A DNA stretch of 64,000 nucleotides, taken from Takakia lepidozioides (taxonomy: Eukaryota; Plantae; Bryophyta). Position 1 is the stretch's first letter. Every line of letters begins with the position of its first letter. Of the stretch, positions 62,067 through 64,000 are shown piece after piece. The notes beneath the pieces are model-generated. The model saw only the letters and a program-made list of their open reading frames with translations, made no database searches and had not been told where the DNA came from. Position numbers and translations under genes: made by a program. The stretch is taken from assembly GCA_030704615.1 (NCBI GenBank), contig CM060733.1, positions 41,416,001 to 41,480,000 on the forward strand. Direction: 5' to 3'.

Positions 62067-63794
62067 CCCGTACACCCTTCGGATGGCAGCCCAATTTGCT
62101 TGTGCGTTGTCCGCCATGAAACCACGGAAATTGGGAGGGGGCAATCCCGCCTTGGCCATCTGTTTGTTTATTCCCTGCCAAAGAAGCATCTCCGATTGTG
62201 TGTCCTCTCCTTTCATCTCACAAATAGCAATTGTCATTAGCATCCTGCAGTGGGTGTCGTAGACATGTGCACCCATTGTCACCCACTGGTGATTTGTAAT
62301 TCGCTTGATATGGTCGAACATGACCCAACTGTTTGACAAGTTCCCACTCGTCATCCTGTCGACCAGTTCGACGCCGCTGCCAGGTCCACACGTGGACATT
62401 TTGAATACGAAACAACGATCTGCCTCAGTCCCTTGTCCTGGAAACCTACTTCCATGAATGTAGTCATATCCACATCGTCGCTTCACCTCCAGAATGGAGT
62501 GCATATCCGAGCCACGCCCAATTTTCTGTTTGCATGAGACAATGTGGTTTCGGACATTCGGTGAACATACGTGGGACACCGACTCCAGCAATGCCTCCAT
62601 TTCCTTCTCGTCGAGAGGAACTCTATCGGAGCCGTCTTCCGACATAATTCTAGCCAATGCCATCTTATGGGCGGCTTGGAGCTGTATCTATTTGGGTTTG
62701 GCACCCGGTCTCAACTTAACCTCCTCCTGAACGAGCTGCTCTGCTTTGTGGGCAGCCTCCCGCGAGTTCCCCCTCGCCAATTTGTGACAATGGGAACCAA
62801 CGTGTATGCAAGCTCGGGTGAGGTCAGGGAAACGGTGCAACACATAGAACTGCTTGGCATTACAAACAGACATGTAGTGTGGTGGTTCTTTGCAATGTGC
62901 ACACTTAAATGTGGAGTTCGGAACCTTCTCCTGAGCTCGAAATGGTTGATGAGCTGTGCCTGTCCAATCGGTCTCGTTCCTGTGACCTCTGGATTTAAAG
63001 TGGAAGCAAGTTGGGGAGAAACACCGCAACGCGCCCGCACAAACAACGTAGCGCACCCGCACACAATCGAGCATCTTCATGTTGGTGGTTTTGGTAACGC
63101 ACCAAGGATGACCGTCATGTTTTCTATCCATATCTGTCAACATTCCGGACGCCCTCGAGTAGTCCGCCCGAGGAGGGAACTCAAAGAAGATATTACCGTC
63201 GACGTCGGCGGGAAGGCATGTAACCGATTTAATTGCAAACTTGCTGTAGTCCAGCCCGGCCAGCTCCGACCGGTGTCCCTCCAGGTGAAGCCCTCGCAGA
63301 ATTTCAAGAATAGATCGAACTGCGGTGCTCGTGCTGGGAATATGACTCCCTCCTCCACTGACGTCCATTGAGGACTTGCCTGATCTCCAGGACGACCTCG
63401 GAACTTCCATGACCTCATCTGAGTCGGACAGGTTGTGAACAACCCGGTTCTCGCTCGTCTTCATGGATGGGTTCGGCTCTGGATTTATTTCGTTGCGGAC
63501 TTCTCTATTTGAGGTAGCCACTCTCTGATTCGCGGATTGTTTCGTGGAAGGCGCCAGGATAGAAGGTGCATTTGGCGGGCAAATGAAGTCCCCAACAGCC
63601 ATGTATATGACGCTGTCCGATGGTGGAACTCGCCATTCCCTGCCATCGCCGAAATCATCGTGGAGCACAACAATACTCTCGACAACAAGGCCGTTTGAGT
63701 CCTTCCTTCCTCCTCCAAAAAAACCGACCCCGGTTTCACGTGGTATCGAACGCACAGATGTTTCTCCATCACCCGGCAGATGTCCCCTCTGCAC
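62066..63794 (-). mobile_element. Mutator-like (MULE) transposase with a GCM-like zinc domain; one in-frame TAG at 62688-62690; C-terminal part missing
   Basis: DGHPW..TKTTN...YVVCAGALRC...C...C..C...C...H...H.H, followed by MULE-type WVMFDH and FRGFMADNAQANWAAIRRVYG. ORFs 62688-63794 and 61614-62663 are in the same frame. Confidence 0.75.
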
Positions 63795-64000
63795 GGAAAT
63801 GAAGCTCTATGCTCGTGAGGAGGGCAGTACACTGTAGCGCTCGGGTTCTCCGCCATGGGAGATGTGCACACAGACTGCCAGGATGGCGTGCGGGGAAGCT
63901 CCCTGGTAGAAGGGGGATGCAGCGATGGGAAGGAACGCGGTGCCGATTTGTCCAAGCGACGAAGCCTGATCCAAATCCTGGGAGCCAACTATCTCAAAAA

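Overview
Eukaryotic nuclear DNA from a land plant, probably a non-seed lineage (inferred from the gene and transposon families). The left part (1-28 kb) holds two head-to-head pairs of intron-containing genes. The first pair is chloroplast TatA/Tha4 (-) with the RFC3-type plastid bS6 protein (+). The second is a ~13.5 kb ARM-repeat gene of the At3g57570 type (-), which has a likely U12 intron, with a kynurenine-monooxygenase-like FAD monooxygenase (+). LINE 3' fragments, a tRNA-derived SINE and MITEs are interspersed. The right part is transposon-rich: a decayed LTR-bounded Ty3/Gypsy element (28.9-37.1 kb) containing two MITEs with 8-bp TSDs, two copies of a second Gypsy family with a 30-bp tandem array and an extra 3' ORF, a near-complete LINE, a 500-N scaffold gap, and a MULE-type transposase with a GCM-like zinc domain. 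It also holds a single-exon 1039-aa membrane-anchored repeat protein and the first exon of a mitochondrial DTC carrier. All family calls are from recognition by eye; no searches were run.
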